From Balanoglossus misakiensis (lineage: Eukaryota; Animalia; Hemichordata): DNA of 64,000 nt. A model generated the notes under the pieces. That model was not told the origin of the DNA. It made no database searches and was given only the letters and a program-made list of their open reading frames with translations. Shown piece by piece: positions 1 to 15,225 of this stretch. Each line of letters starts with the position of its first letter. Positions within the stretch are counted from its first letter, which is position 1. The stretch is from positions 3,152,259-3,216,258 of the forward strand of contig CM082591.2 in NCBI GenBank assembly GCA_040954595.2, in the 5' to 3' direction. The position numbers and the translations under genes are program-made.

Positions 1-100
1 TACAATCTGTGTCCGTTTTCTTTGGCTTTCAGTTGATGAAATTTAAGTTTATATTCCGTCATAACAAATTAAGGCATATATTCTAATGTCACACCCACAG

Positions 101-3204
<3,104 letters not shown>

Positions 3205-4660
3205 GACTCTGAGATTTGGTCTTTGTTGATGTGTAACTAATGATTGGCTGCCTCAAAGCTTCATTAGTCATCAGTTGTTTTAGTTACCTCAACAATAATA
3301 ATAGTGAGTTCTTATATAGCGCATATATCCACCAACAAATCTCACTGGTAGAGTTTCCTACTTTTGGAAAATAGTAAAAATATCTCATGTGCTGTCGTAT
3401 ACAAAATTAAAAGTTGTTTGCTGACAACATTTGCAGCTGTTGGAATCCAAAAACTCAACAAAACTAGTATTTATTTATTTTAAAAATTATGTTATTTACA
3501 GTATTTATCAGAAGTGTACAGATTGAAAATTTTGTCGCTTGCAATGCTGTAGTCTTTTCTTGGTTTCAGTGTGGTCATACAAAAGCAGCATTGGGTGACA
3601 GACCTATCAGGAGTCCTGATAAATATGGCTGTTTGAAAAGCGATTGAATGTAATGTATCATGTACTGTGATTGGTTCTTTCTTACCATCCCGGAGTGTAA
3701 CAACTCTTCTGATTGGTAGAATGATACCCACAGAAGAGAACTGTTTAGCTTTACATTTGAAGAATGTTGCGAAAGATTGAATGCAGGAAAATCAAAAACA
3801 ATTGAAATAATATCAAAGTACTATTTATACACCCCATAGAAAACAATATTTTCCATAACAATACTGTATATATGTAGTTTAAAAAGGAAATGAAGTTTCC
3901 ATCACAACTTGCTCGTTCATTTTACACAAAAACAGTGCCATTTATGTAACGATTAACCAAATAACAACTCAAAGTTTTAATTTTTAAAGAGAAATGAATG
4001 TGTCATGTCAAAATTAATTTAGTGTATTCACAGAATATATATCTCGCTAGCGATAATGTGTTGATTTTAGTAATTTTTTTTCCATTAAATTAAATACAAT
4101 CATGTTCCCTTAAGTGCAATGTGAAATCAACACTTTCTACAGAGTAGCGCTTGAGTTTGTAGATCAGTTATTTCTGCTTTGTCAAGTATTTTTAAAAGCT
4201 TTGAAATAAAGTTTTTCCCGTTAAAATTAATTCTTTTGTTGTAATTGGTAATTGTCTTATTTTATTTACCCCTACTTTTTGATTAAAGTTATTTTGAAAG
4301 TAGTCACTGAATTACCATCATGGCTTCAATATTAATATCCTTTACAGCTTTGACAAGGAATTACGCATTAAGCATCTGTTAAGTTATTTTTACTTTTTCA
4401 CCTCCTGACCTCATCTGAGTCATCACAGATTAATTAATTAGACGTAATGAATTCAAAATGGAGGTAAGAGTTGAAAACGGGCTCGGGCCCATTCGATTTC
4501 TGCTTGGACCTGTATTTTAATGCTGTACTCGGAGCTTTCGTGGGATACAAGGTGCATACTCCACAGTTCAAGGGTCGGCGTTCAAGGGCTAGACACAGCT
4601 CGAAGTAAACGTGGACTTTGGTCGACAGCGTCGAACTTCGATGTTTTTCTGCTCGTCGAG

Positions 4661-6929
4661 ATGCCCAGTCAAGGAAACTATGAGTTCCTCTACTTATTCG
4701 AGGTAATGAGCTTTCTCTGTTTTGTCGTTCATCAACATCACCACAAGAAGCTACATGTTGACTATACGACACTGCTGCTGGTAGTTTTGCTGGGCCTGCC
4801 GGTTTGCCAGGACTTTATCGGTGGTCTGTTGGGGCTGGGCCTGTTTGCGGCCACCTGTTTCGTCGCTTATGCAAGTTTCCCAGCCGTTTACGAAGGCGTT
4901 GAGCCCGACAGAATCAGAGTCTATGGAAAGGCTGTTCTTATAACAGGTATGTACACTACACATGCATCGCTTGAAAAAGAGGAAACTTTTGCGGGGATAT
5001 TTTCCCATTTTACATGAAATTTCCACGTAGGAATTCGTAATTTTCTATTAAATAGGCTACCTCGCCTCGATATCTCGACGATATCTGCGCACCCCAAGTT
5101 GATTTCCACTTAAATATTAGCCGAGTTTCTGTTGGATTTCAGCTTGCATTTTTTGCGTGTCACATCAACAACTCTTGTCCATGTGAAATGCAAACATGTA
5201 CATGTACATGAATGGCCAATATAGTGATTAGATTAGAGTGCGTTGCGCCCGCCACGAAAAAAATGAGTCTTGGTTACCATAGTAACCACAGTCAATGGAA
5301 TATCTAGTGTATTGAAGAAGATTTTTGTTGATTCATGTAATTGTGTCAAAGATGACATACATAATACAATACTATCAATATACGAAATGACAATAAAGTC
5401 GCACGCCACGATCACCATTTTCTCGTTAACGTTATCATAGGTTGCGATACCGGTTTTGGTTACGAAACCGCTAAACACCTTGACCGACTCGGCTTCAAAG
5501 TATTCGCCGGGTGCTTGCAGAAGAGCGGCGTTGGAGAAAAGCGACTGGTGGCTGCTTGCTCTCCTAAGCTGGTAACGCTACAGTTGGATGTCACCAGCGA
5601 CCAACAAGTACAGGATGCCGCCACAGTTGTCAAGTCAAAAGTTGGAAGCGATGGTAAGGTTCACAATGTCTCTTAGCAATCAATCGATCAATCAATCAAC
5701 CAAAGTTGCCACTATCGATGATATCCGCTCTTTTAAACCTGATAATGGCATGACAATGAACAGTGTACCAATCGCAACGTACGCTTATAGATGCCATCTT
5801 TTTGCAGGTTTGTGGGGCTTGGTAAACAACGCAGGCGTTTGGACATTTGGAGCCATCGAACTTATGCCAATGGAACAATTCGAAGAGATCTGTAATGTCA
5901 ACCTTCTTGGAACAGTGCGTGTCACAAAAGCATTTTTACCGTTAGTGAGAAAAGCCAATGGAAGGATTGTGAACTTCTCGAGTATAGGGGGTGAGTTCTC
6001 GACGTCTTGATATTAAATTGTGCGGAAACGTCCGATGTTGGTAGAGAGAGAGAGAGAGAGAGAGAGTACGGGGTTGAGTACACTTTTTGTGGCTTATTGC
6101 GTCTTCACAGAATAGTAAATTGTTTACTCCGTAGGAGTTGCGCCGTTGCCATCATTTGCGGCGTATTGCGTGTCGAAGGCCGGAGTTGAGATGTTCTCAG
6201 ACAGTTTAAGGCAGGAAATGTTGGACTGGGACGTACGTGTATCGATTGTTCAACCAACCAGTTTTCAAACTGGTAAGTGGTCATTCATGACACGTCATAA
6301 TATCTCCCTTGCGTTTACTGCTCAGTATTAATACCGGGCACCAGTCGGCAGAAAAAAAGAAAGAAAGCTGGCGACTAGTTTGCCGATCAGAGCCACTTCA
6401 GCTCAAACCTAATAGGCCTAAGGAAACAATAAACCGAGACGCATGATGTGCTACGCATATTGGACAAAATTGAAGTTGCCGAGGACCAATATTAAGTTAT
6501 TTTGTACGGCATTTTATATATGCACACGATGCGACTCAATTCCATATATGTAAGCCAGGGTGAATATTGTTCATTTGAACAGCATTAACATCCAAGGCAA
6601 AGCTGGAACCCGCGTTTCATCAGATGATGGAGACGCTGACACCAGACGCAGAAGAGGACTACAACATCGCCAGTTTCAGGGACCAGTTTTCCGAGGTTCT
6701 TCAGCGAGACGGCGTCTTGGAGGACAAGGGTTCCGACGACTTGTCTCAAGTTTCGAAGACGGTGGAAGAAGCCCTGACGTCGAAGACGCCGAGGCGTCGA
6801 TACCCCGTGGGGACGGGCGCTCGTTTCATCACGTGGTTAGGTACATTCCTTCCGTCTTGGGTCACTGATGGAAAATGGGCCATGGCCCTTCCGACTTATC
6901 TGCTGGTGAAACCAAAGCATAAAACGTAG
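4661..6929 (+). CDS. Short-chain dehydrogenase/reductase, BDH1/HSD17B2/RDH-like (SDR9C type), with N-terminal hydrophobic anchor
   Basis: Exons approx. 4661-4946, 5441-5653, 5808-5991, 6134-6271, 6583-6929. Motifs: AVLITG|CDTGFG (Rossmann), [23 protein letters not shown], catalytic YCVSK. Start codon uncertain (4520 or 4661). Confidence 0.88.
5273..5286. promoter_or_regulatory. Consensus RFX X-box in SDR intron 1
   Basis: GTTACCATAGTAAC fits GTNRCC(N0-3)RGYAAC; a CCAAT box lies at ~5216-5220. Motif match only. Confidence 0.35.
6043..6066. repeat. (AG)n microsatellite, intronic
   Basis: Dinucleotide run seen directly. Confidence 0.9.
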
Positions 6930-7518
6930 AAATTCTGTGTTTAATGTAAATTAACAAAAACTGCCTAAAAATATGTCTGAGAAGGGATTCGTTTGTTTTT
7001 TTTAAATCGTTTTGTGTGTCACTACAGCAATAATTACGAACACGGGGGAAAGGCCGGGCTACGCATCGTCTTTTGACGTTTATATTTTATTTTATTGGTT
7101 CATTTTGTCGAGAATGGAAAAAGTGTCGGATATCATAAAGTAGCATGTAATCGCGGTGCTGATATAAATTTTACTTGTATTAAATCGCTCAACGACGGAA
7201 CATTGCTCGCTATTTCTGTGTGTAGGGTGCAAATGTCGTGCGTGCGTTTGCCTTTGTTGTGTGTGAGTGCGTGCGTGCGTGTATATGAGAGTGAGGGATA
7301 GAGAAACGTTGTAAGAGGTAGACACAGTGAATTGTCGGTCGTTCAGGCATGTGACACTGATTTTCTACCAGAACACCAGCGACAACTCCGCCCTCAACTC
7401 AAAAGCTAGTAGTTTTGCGCATCCACTTGTCCAGAGGGCAATAACCTTTCGGTGAATGGCCTTGCAGCCTCCAAGTTACATAATAGCGATAGCTGCGTCA
7501 GCCATCATCCTTCGCGAA

Positions 7519-7552
7519 CCGTGTACGCTTCGACAGTGTTCGAACGCCACGG
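7519..7552 (+). promoter_or_regulatory. Iron-responsive element (IRE) in ferritin 5' UTR
   Basis: CCGTG-TA-CG-[C]-TTCGA-CAGTGT-TCGAA-CG-C-CACGG: CAGUGN hexaloop, 5-bp upper stem, unpaired C at 7528 and a lower stem; ~75 nt upstream of the ferritin ATG. Confidence 0.93.
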
Positions 7553-7627
7553 CCTCTGCAACGCTTTTTGACGCTGAAAGTTCAGTCTCAGCACGAGAAA
7601 CTCGTCAGTGAACAACGGAAAGCAGTC

Positions 7628-8703
7628 ATGGCCTCCCTCTGTCGACAAAACTACCACAGTGACTGTGAAGCCGGAGTGAACAAGCAGATTAATTTGCACT
7701 TTTCTGCTTCGTACGTGTACCAGGCCATGGTAAGTAGACCACAACATGGCGGACCACGTGTGAAGGTCATCCTTTGCATCAATTTTAAAACGAAACCATA
7801 GTCTTTCTTAATTTTTCTCATGTTTGAAACTTAAAAAATTCTCACCGAGAATTGCGTGAGCATTAATTTTTGACTATGCGAGATTTCATAAATGTACTTT
7901 GGGAATATGATGTGCATATAATGTTCACCTGGTAACCTAGCTAATATCGTATTTCTCAGAGTCGAAAAAGAACAAAAAAGATTGCTCCTTCGCTTTCTGG
8001 GGTAAGACATGATTGTTCAAGATATAAACCAGGGCTACAATTTCGGTTTCCTTGGTCCAAGAGTATCTGATGGTTACTAATCTCGACCCCTGTTACATAA
8101 GAGAAGTTTAATATTAAATTCAAATATATATTTTCTCTCGCTTATCAGGCTTTTTATTTCGACCGCGACGACGTAGCCCTTCCAGGTTTCCATGGATACT
8201 TCAAAGTCGCATCCGACCAAGAGCGGGCGTACGCTGACACTCTGATGAAGTACCAGAACGAGCGAGGCGGTCGCATCGTCTTGCAGAATATCGCCAAGTC
8301 GGACTGGGAGACAGGGGCTGGCGTCGCAGCCATGGAGTGTGCCCTCAACCTGGAGCGCAAGTTGAACCAGAGTCTGCTTGACCTTCATGCTGTTGCCATG
8401 AAACGGGACGATACAGAGGTATATAGACTTTTAAAAAATCACATTTTGACTAAAATCTTACAATAGTATGTTTGGTAGTTTATTGGCCATGCGTCAGTAT
8501 CCCAATAGACCATGAACACGGCAGTTTTGTGTAACTGTTTTTGTGTTTTTGCTATTTTTTTCCAGATGTCCCACTTCATCAAAAATAAATTTCTTACTCC
8601 ACGGGTGAAGAAGATCAAAGAGATCGCTGACCACATCGCCAACCTCAAACGAGTCGAACCCGGTCTAGGAGAATACCTGTATGACAAGAAGACGCTCATA
8701 TGA
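7628..8703 (+). CDS. Ferritin subunit (cytosolic type, 169 aa) with degenerate ferroxidase centre
   Basis: Exons 7628-7729, 8149-8418, 8566-8703: [34 protein letters not shown]|[14 protein letters not shown]...[14 protein letters not shown]...[16 protein letters not shown]...|[10 protein letters not shown]...[13 protein letters not shown]. Intact frame, no signal peptide, AATAAA at 8983. Confidence 0.95.
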
Positions 8704-9190
8704 ATCAAATCCTGCATTATTTTCCTGGTTCGATTGCGAGTAAGACGACAAGCGTTCTGAGCGATATATTCCACAACTGAGTAAATCTTTCGCAACCCAA
8801 TCTTTTTCTGGAGGCTTATTTAGTCAGTAAGTTAGCTGCATGTTTATACACCTACTGCCATTACGTTGTTGTAGAACTCCACTGCCAAATTTCTTTTACG
8901 TCAGAATTTTGTTGTCAGTAAATCATGAAGATTATATAGCAACAAATCGATGGTGTGTATCTGCTTCAAATTGAAGATAATGAATAAAAGACAGAAAAAG
9001 TAAACATGTGCCTTTTTCGCTTCCATTTTATTTAAAATTAGTTTTGAACAAAAATATTGCAATAACAGACAAATTTAAAATAAACTTTGACCAATCAATC
9101 CCTGTGGAAACGCTACCAAATAGTTAACGTGCAATATAAATGAAACCAGTAGGCAAAATATGTTACGTAAAATTGTATCATTTGACTAAT

Positions 9191-10445
9191 TTATCGTGTG
9201 TGAGCGTCCACAGTCGTGAAAATGTCTTTCGGCAGCGATATGTTATACCAGGTGTGTGTCGACGTCGTGCGCTCTGATTGGCTCATTTCATCGACGAGGT
9301 GGACCAGATCGTTATACGTCTGCAAACACGTGGCTGGTGTCAACGGACTGACGGTGCGTATTGATTTCGTCGGGTCAATACTGTCGAAATCCTGCAGTGG
9401 CTCGATCTCCAGTTCTTCCAGAATCTCGTCGATGGACCACGTGTTACAGTGGACGTCTGAAAAGAGAGTCTTGCGATGCAACGTCAATCAAGAAGTCAGT
9501 AAGTCCGTACGTGTGTGCATGTGTGTGGCTGTGCTTCGCCTGCTGAGCAACACGATTCAGTACAATTTTAAATAGCAATTCAGATATTGAGGCGTGGCAT
9601 ATGACTTGCATGACTTGGCCACGTTTTGATTATAGTCTGGTTCCCTGCCCCAATGCCACCGCTGGCTGCGCTACGCTAAAGGGCAGCCAGCGGTGCACGT
9701 GGGATTGGGGCAGGGAACCAGACTAGTTTAGATTACAGTCGAACTGTGTTAGTGGTCGCCTCTATATAGTGAGAGCTTGTCTATAGTGGTCACTTTGTTG
9801 CAGTCTTAGATGAAGCTACACTCACCATTAATTAAACTCTCCTTGTACATCAAGTCATCGACTCTGTACTGTTCAGCCAGTCTGGCCGAAATGTCGCTCA
9901 GCTGTTCTCGCGTGAATGACATTGTTCTACGTCTGCCGGGGCTCGGACCAGCCGATTCTTTGGTGCTCCCTTCAGATGTTTTCTACAAGAAATACATCGC
10001 GGATTCGTCAAGGTAGACGCATCTGAGTCATCATCATCATAATTATCATCATCATCGCCACTACCACCACCACTACCATCCTGATCACCACCATCTTTGT
10101 CGCCATAGCTAAACAACAAAACACGAATTGGTAGCGAAATATTTACCTTATTAAAGGATTTCTTCGGTGGTTTAACATATTCCTTGAGGAATGCCGGCTC
10201 AGCATCAGGGTCAATCCGCCAAAGATGACCTTTGCCGTGACCTTTTCCTCCTTTCGTAAACCCTCCATTGAGGGACAGGTTGTGACGAATTGAATTCTGT
10301 AGGTGATAACGAAAAAGACATGTGAATATTTGATAATTTCTAGATTAGTCCGTGGTGCAGCAGTGTAGTTACAAAGCAACGGAGTTAGTTAACGTACCTT
10401 CCAATTTCCGCTATCCTTGCTCTTGAAATATGGATATGAACGTCT

Positions 10446-10533
<88 letters not shown>

Positions 10534-13264
10534 CAGAGAGACAGACAGAGACAGAGACAGAGACAGATAGACAGAGAGAGAGACAGAGAGAGATACAGAG
10601 ACAGTCAGTTTGTTCATAGGGGAACAGCGAATACAGTAAATGCAGGAGAAATTTTTCAGTGATTCTAATTGAACGCGTTTTCAGCAGGATAACTCACTGT
10701 AAGTATTTATATATCTCCGACACATTCATCGGTCCCTCTTCTTTCAAAGCTTCGTAGATCAGAGATGAGAAACTTCGACTCGGTCTTGTGCCAATGGCGT
10801 TCAAAGCTGATTTGGATTTCCTCGCTCGAGAGGTCTTCACGTCACTATGGAAACGGAACTTCGGGAGGGAGAATGTCACTCTGGTGCCAGTGCTCTTCTT
10901 GCTGACGTCAGGTTTGGTTTCGGTTTCTGGCGTCGTCGTTTTGTCGTCAGCGGACGTCGACGTGGGCTCGTTCTGGGGAGACTCTTTCTCGCTCGTGTTG
11001 CTCTCGGGTTTATCCGTAGAGGAGCCGTCTGTAGTGCTAGATTTCGTGCATTCTCCTTCACTGGTTGGTTCTAAGGATGCTTGACTCGCCGCATTTGACA
11101 AAACTGCAGAAATAACAAACTTAGTGCAATGTGGTTGTTGTAGAACGGAGAATTCACGTGTAATGCACCGTAGTTATCATCATGGCTGGAAAGTTGACCA
11201 ATATTGGCCGACATTGACACCTACAGCCAAATTTCGCGTGGAGAAAAATATACTAGCATTTTGCTTACCTGTCTGGCCTGTGATGTCACAATTTGAATCC
11301 AGCTTCGGCAAATTTTTCGGTATGCGCAACGATGCCAACCACGTGAGACTGCGCAGATCGGCATCAATCTCGGCCTCACCGCCATCGTCGAAGCTGTCGC
11401 CGGTCCAGTCGTCGTCATCCACCCATTCACCCTCGCTTGCCTCGTCAGTCTCGCTGTCGTCAGCCTCGTTCCCAGGACCCGCGCTTTTGGTTGACGACCC
11501 AGGAGTGTCGGACCCATTGACATGTCTTCCCGGCGAGGACTTGTCGCTAAGCAACTGTAGATTGCCTATACTTTCAGTTTTCACACCAATCCCCTTCTGT
11601 GGGGAGTTTGGCACACAATTGGCGAATATTGTTTTCTGCACACCTCTGTCAACGCCATCACTCCCGTTTATGAACTTTTCGCTTTCACGATGCGTTAATA
11701 TTTTCTCAGTCGTTTTCTGTAGCGATGTGACGATGTTAGCAGTTTTCAGCGGCGTTTGGTTGGTTTCTGTTTTAATTTGCCGCATCGGTTGCGAAGCCGG
11801 GAATTTATGTACAATCGGCGCCAGAGCAGGAAGCATTCTATCAGACGAATTTTGACAACTTGCCGCAGAAACTGGCCGTTTTGATTGAGAAGTTGCCGGT
11901 TCGTCGTTCGTTTGCTTTGTTGCAGTAACCGTCATGAGGTTGGGGATCTTCTGCAGGACGATGTAATTCTGACTTGTTCGGGGCTGGTTTTGTTGATGGT
12001 CGAGAACTTTGCTCGTGACCAGTGGACCTAATCTTCCCGCGAAACACTGCGCGTTCCCTTTCTGATTGGGCAAAAGTTGGGAGTAGACATTGCCCGGGAG
12101 TGGCACCGCGTACGAGGCCAACCCCGGCTTCAAATTGGCCGGATGCCCCTGTAGAATATGGTAGACTTGTGTCGGTATGCCGCCGTTTGCAGACGTCATG
12201 ATCAAGTTCTTCTGGGAGATATTGGGTCTTACGGGACTGAGGTAGAAGGATTGAGGGAGCGGCGCGTTGTTCGTCGTTGAGGGCTGTCGCATTGGTTGCG
12301 TTGGTGTCGGATTTTGTGGCACGGACTTTGCGGGTGACGGTGAAAATTTGGGCTGTGATGCAAGTTGATGGCGGTCGCATTTATCATTGTTTGGCTCACA
12401 TTTTGATCCATTTACTTGTGTGGTTGCTTTTTTTGGCAATGGTTCTGATTTTGCATGCAAAGTTGCGTCGCCAACCTTGAAGTTTGATGATCCATGATCG
12501 CCAGAAACACCATCGACATTTTTGTTCGGATTGGCCGAAGCGACGTTCGTTTCAGAAGAAGTCGTTTTCGTGTCAGCGCTTTGATCGGTGTGGCCACTCG
12601 AGTCGTCTGATGGTTTTGACACATCGGGGGTTGTTTCCTGGGATTTGGTGGTCGGATTCGTTCTTTCGTTTCCATGGACACTGGACCCCTCAAGGATGAC
12701 GGAAGATGCGACAGACTCGGTGACCTCGTCCCCGCCAGACGAATCGCCATCCCCGTCATTGCAGTTCGGCCTCTTTGGATCAGACTTGACCTGATCGGTG
12801 CCTGGTGTAAACTCACCATTGCGAATCGCGTGACTTCTCGCGTTAATTTCGCAGATTTTGAACGACCGTCCGCGTCCGATAGATTTCGTCGTGACGGATA
12901 CGCCATCTTCATCCCCGCAACCCCCAGTGCTTCTAAAGATGAAACCTGGTTCGTGGACACCATTCTCTTGACTGGCATCAACGTTACGATGCACGGCGTT
13001 GGTACAATGATGACCGTCGCCGGCAGGCCCCGGGTCGGAGGGGGTGCCCTCCCCAAGATCGGTGACCGATCTCACATTTTCTATCTTTATTCCGTAGGGC
13101 CGTGATGTCAGCTTTGCATCCGTCGCCAGATGAGGAATATTCCCGTCTTCAGCACAGTGGCCAGCGGAGGATCCTTTGGTTGTTTTACCAGCCATTTCGC
13201 AATTTCTGCCAACAAGCGTCGACTCCAACCTGTCGTAGGCGTTGTCCATCGTAACAAGATGCAT
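9191..13264 (-). CDS. Divergent forkhead (Fox) transcription factor with long low-complexity N-terminus
   Basis: Exons approx. 13264-11269, 11104-10698, 10443-10398, 10296-10147, 9982-9826, 9456-9191. Spliced domain: RPSRSFSSLIYEALKEEGPMNVSEIYKYLQ|RSYPYFKSKDSGNWK|NSIRHNLSLNGGFTKGGKGHGKGHLWRIDP. The upstream DLRSLTWL motif recalls FoxJ1/FoxN. A non-coding exon donor lies near 13457. Start ATG uncertain (13264 or 13249). Confidence 0.85.
9633..9725. mobile_element. Palindromic MITE-like element with TA ends, in Fox intron
   Basis: Terminal inverted repeats TAGTCTGGTTCCCTGCCCCAAT / ATTGGGGCAGGGAACCAGACTA plus inner arms CACCGCTGGCTGC / GCAGCCAGCGGTG. Confidence 0.7.
10450..10602. repeat. (AG)n / (AGAC)-type compound microsatellite next to a Fox splice acceptor
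   Basis: Seen directly; on the minus strand it serves as the polypyrimidine tract of the short forkhead exon. Confidence 0.95.
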
Positions 13265-13459
13265 TATTGCTTCGCTCCTGCACAAGAGTAGGCCTATATG
13301 ATGTTACACAGCCAACTTGAAGTTGTGGTAATTTATATCACGTGAACATTTCTGCAGAGAATAACCCACTGAAATACATCCTGTTGAAGTTTTGCGTGGT
13401 AAACCGAAATCAAACTCACTGTTAAAGTAGAAAAAAGAAAATTTTATATCACTTACCGT

Positions 13460-14270
13460 CTTGTGTCAGTGTTTCCCAGAGCGAACTGAACATACCACAA
13501 AATAGAATACGGACACATGTCCGTTGCGTTCGCACTGCGCGTTCTTAAGACATGGCATACGCGCGCGTCGACCAAGTCACATGGTTTTTAATATACTCGA
13601 TATCTCCACTGGTTTATATTTTATAGTTCTGGTTGAAAACTAGCGCATGTAGGCCTAAAACATGTATAGTAGCCTGAATACGTTTTAATGATGTACTTTA
13701 GTCTGTAAGTCAAATTGCGAAAACAACGCAGCAACATATTGTTTGTTGGCCTACACCTTTCCGAAAAGTTTTCTTTTTCAACTGCGAATAGACAATTCCT
13801 CACAAAATTTGCAGTTTTTACTCTTCAATTTCATTTTTGATTTCGCGCTTTAATTATTCATACGCGTCTAACAGGTGTGTCGATTGTATTACTCTGTTTG
13901 AACAAGCAAGTTTCTTTTTAATATGCAAATCAATCCTTGAGGGCACGAGACCGATCTCTTTGTTGTTGCCGCTGACGGACGCCGCTCAGAGATCAAAGGC
14001 TTCTTCCGGTAATAATATAACAATTAAACGTAAATTAACTAGAATGAAATACTCATGAGTCACAGCAATGAAAATACGTTAAAATCCTCCCGAATGAACT
14101 TGATTCTTACATGTACAATACATTTACGTTGTCAAATGTGTCTACACAGGAAAATAATAATAGTAAAACCACTTCCGGTATCTACGGAATGTCTTTTCAC
14201 AATGCATTATGGGAAGGAAGCTCAAAACAAGATGGCGGCTATTTCTGTCCGGGCGATCTCATAATTTGGT
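13460..14270. promoter_or_regulatory. Divergent promoter region between the Fox gene and PHRF1
   Basis: Fox 5' non-coding exon donor near 13457 (-). PHRF1 probable first exon with ETS-like ACTTCCGG (~14171), YY1-type AAGATGGCGGC (~14229) and donor GGTAAG (~14268). Inferred from motifs. Confidence 0.5.
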
Positions 14271-15225
14271 AAGATTTTTTTTTCTAAATACACTGTCATT
14301 TTAACTGTTTTAACATTTCGGAATACGATCGCATGATATTTACAGGTTCTCTCGACCGATTCATGCCACGCATTTTCTACTTTATGTCATATTTAAGTCA
14401 AGAGCAGCCTAGGAAACGCGGTTCGTCTGTCACTTTGATGGAGTTGCTTGACCCCGCTGTTTGTAATTAATTTCTCTACGCGCTAATTGAGTTGACTGAG
14501 GCCAGGCCACCGAAATTTGTCACGACGCCGGAATATATTCTATCTGAAACGACAGAGGTTGTTCCCATCTGTTTCACACGGACAACCTCTTCCCCCTTAC
14601 AAGAATTTGACAGTTTTCCCAGTAGCGTCAAGATAAACGAAATGTACATTTCAAACACCAGAAATTGACACTTACGGCGCTCGTGTGTAACATACGAGGT
14701 TACTTTGTATTCCACGAACGCCTTCATTCTGATTTCATGTAGAAGTTAGAATTTGATTAGTTTAGCAATAACTACAAGGTTATCGCCGCGATTACATCAC
14801 TGAAGTCGGCATTTCATGATACGTCTTGCTTATTTCCACCCGACGTATGTATCGGGCGGGCGTCGACCCCGCGATGCAAAACAAAACGACGCCCTTCCGA
14901 GTTCCGTATGTGTACGCGTGTGTAGCTTCTGTGTTGTGATAACCGAATGTATGATGATAGGCGCTCCGATTTACACACCATGCGTCTTAACGTACAGAAA
15001 CTGTTCATTTGTTTATCGATGAGACTTATAGAAATGTATTTATATTGTTTTTCCCATAGTGGTAAACAGATATCATGTTTGTCTCACCTGTTCACTATAC
15101 ACTATACAAATCTACAACACAATATGTTCATAACCCATTACTGTAATGTGACCAATGATTGCAATAAATGCCCTGAAAAGTTGTCTCTTTGACCCCTGTT
15201 GTTTTTAGTTTGATTGATCTGGTGA

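Noticed and set aside
7321-7336. Second CAGTGA as another IRE
   Set aside because: No 5-bp upper stem closing a hexaloop and no C bulge; probably upstream of the transcript start.
7628-8703. Ferritin as a processed pseudogene
   Set aside because: It has introns, an intact frame, an intact IRE and a poly(A) signal.
9983-10119. Gly/Asp-rich ORF as a Fox exon
   Set aside because: Its acceptor is out of phase with the preceding phase-0 donor and hits a stop; the acceptor at ~9983 keeps frame, so this is intronic simple repeat.
11124-13105. Plus-strand and alternate-frame ORFs over the Fox exon
   Set aside because: Shadow frames without recognisable motifs or splice logic.
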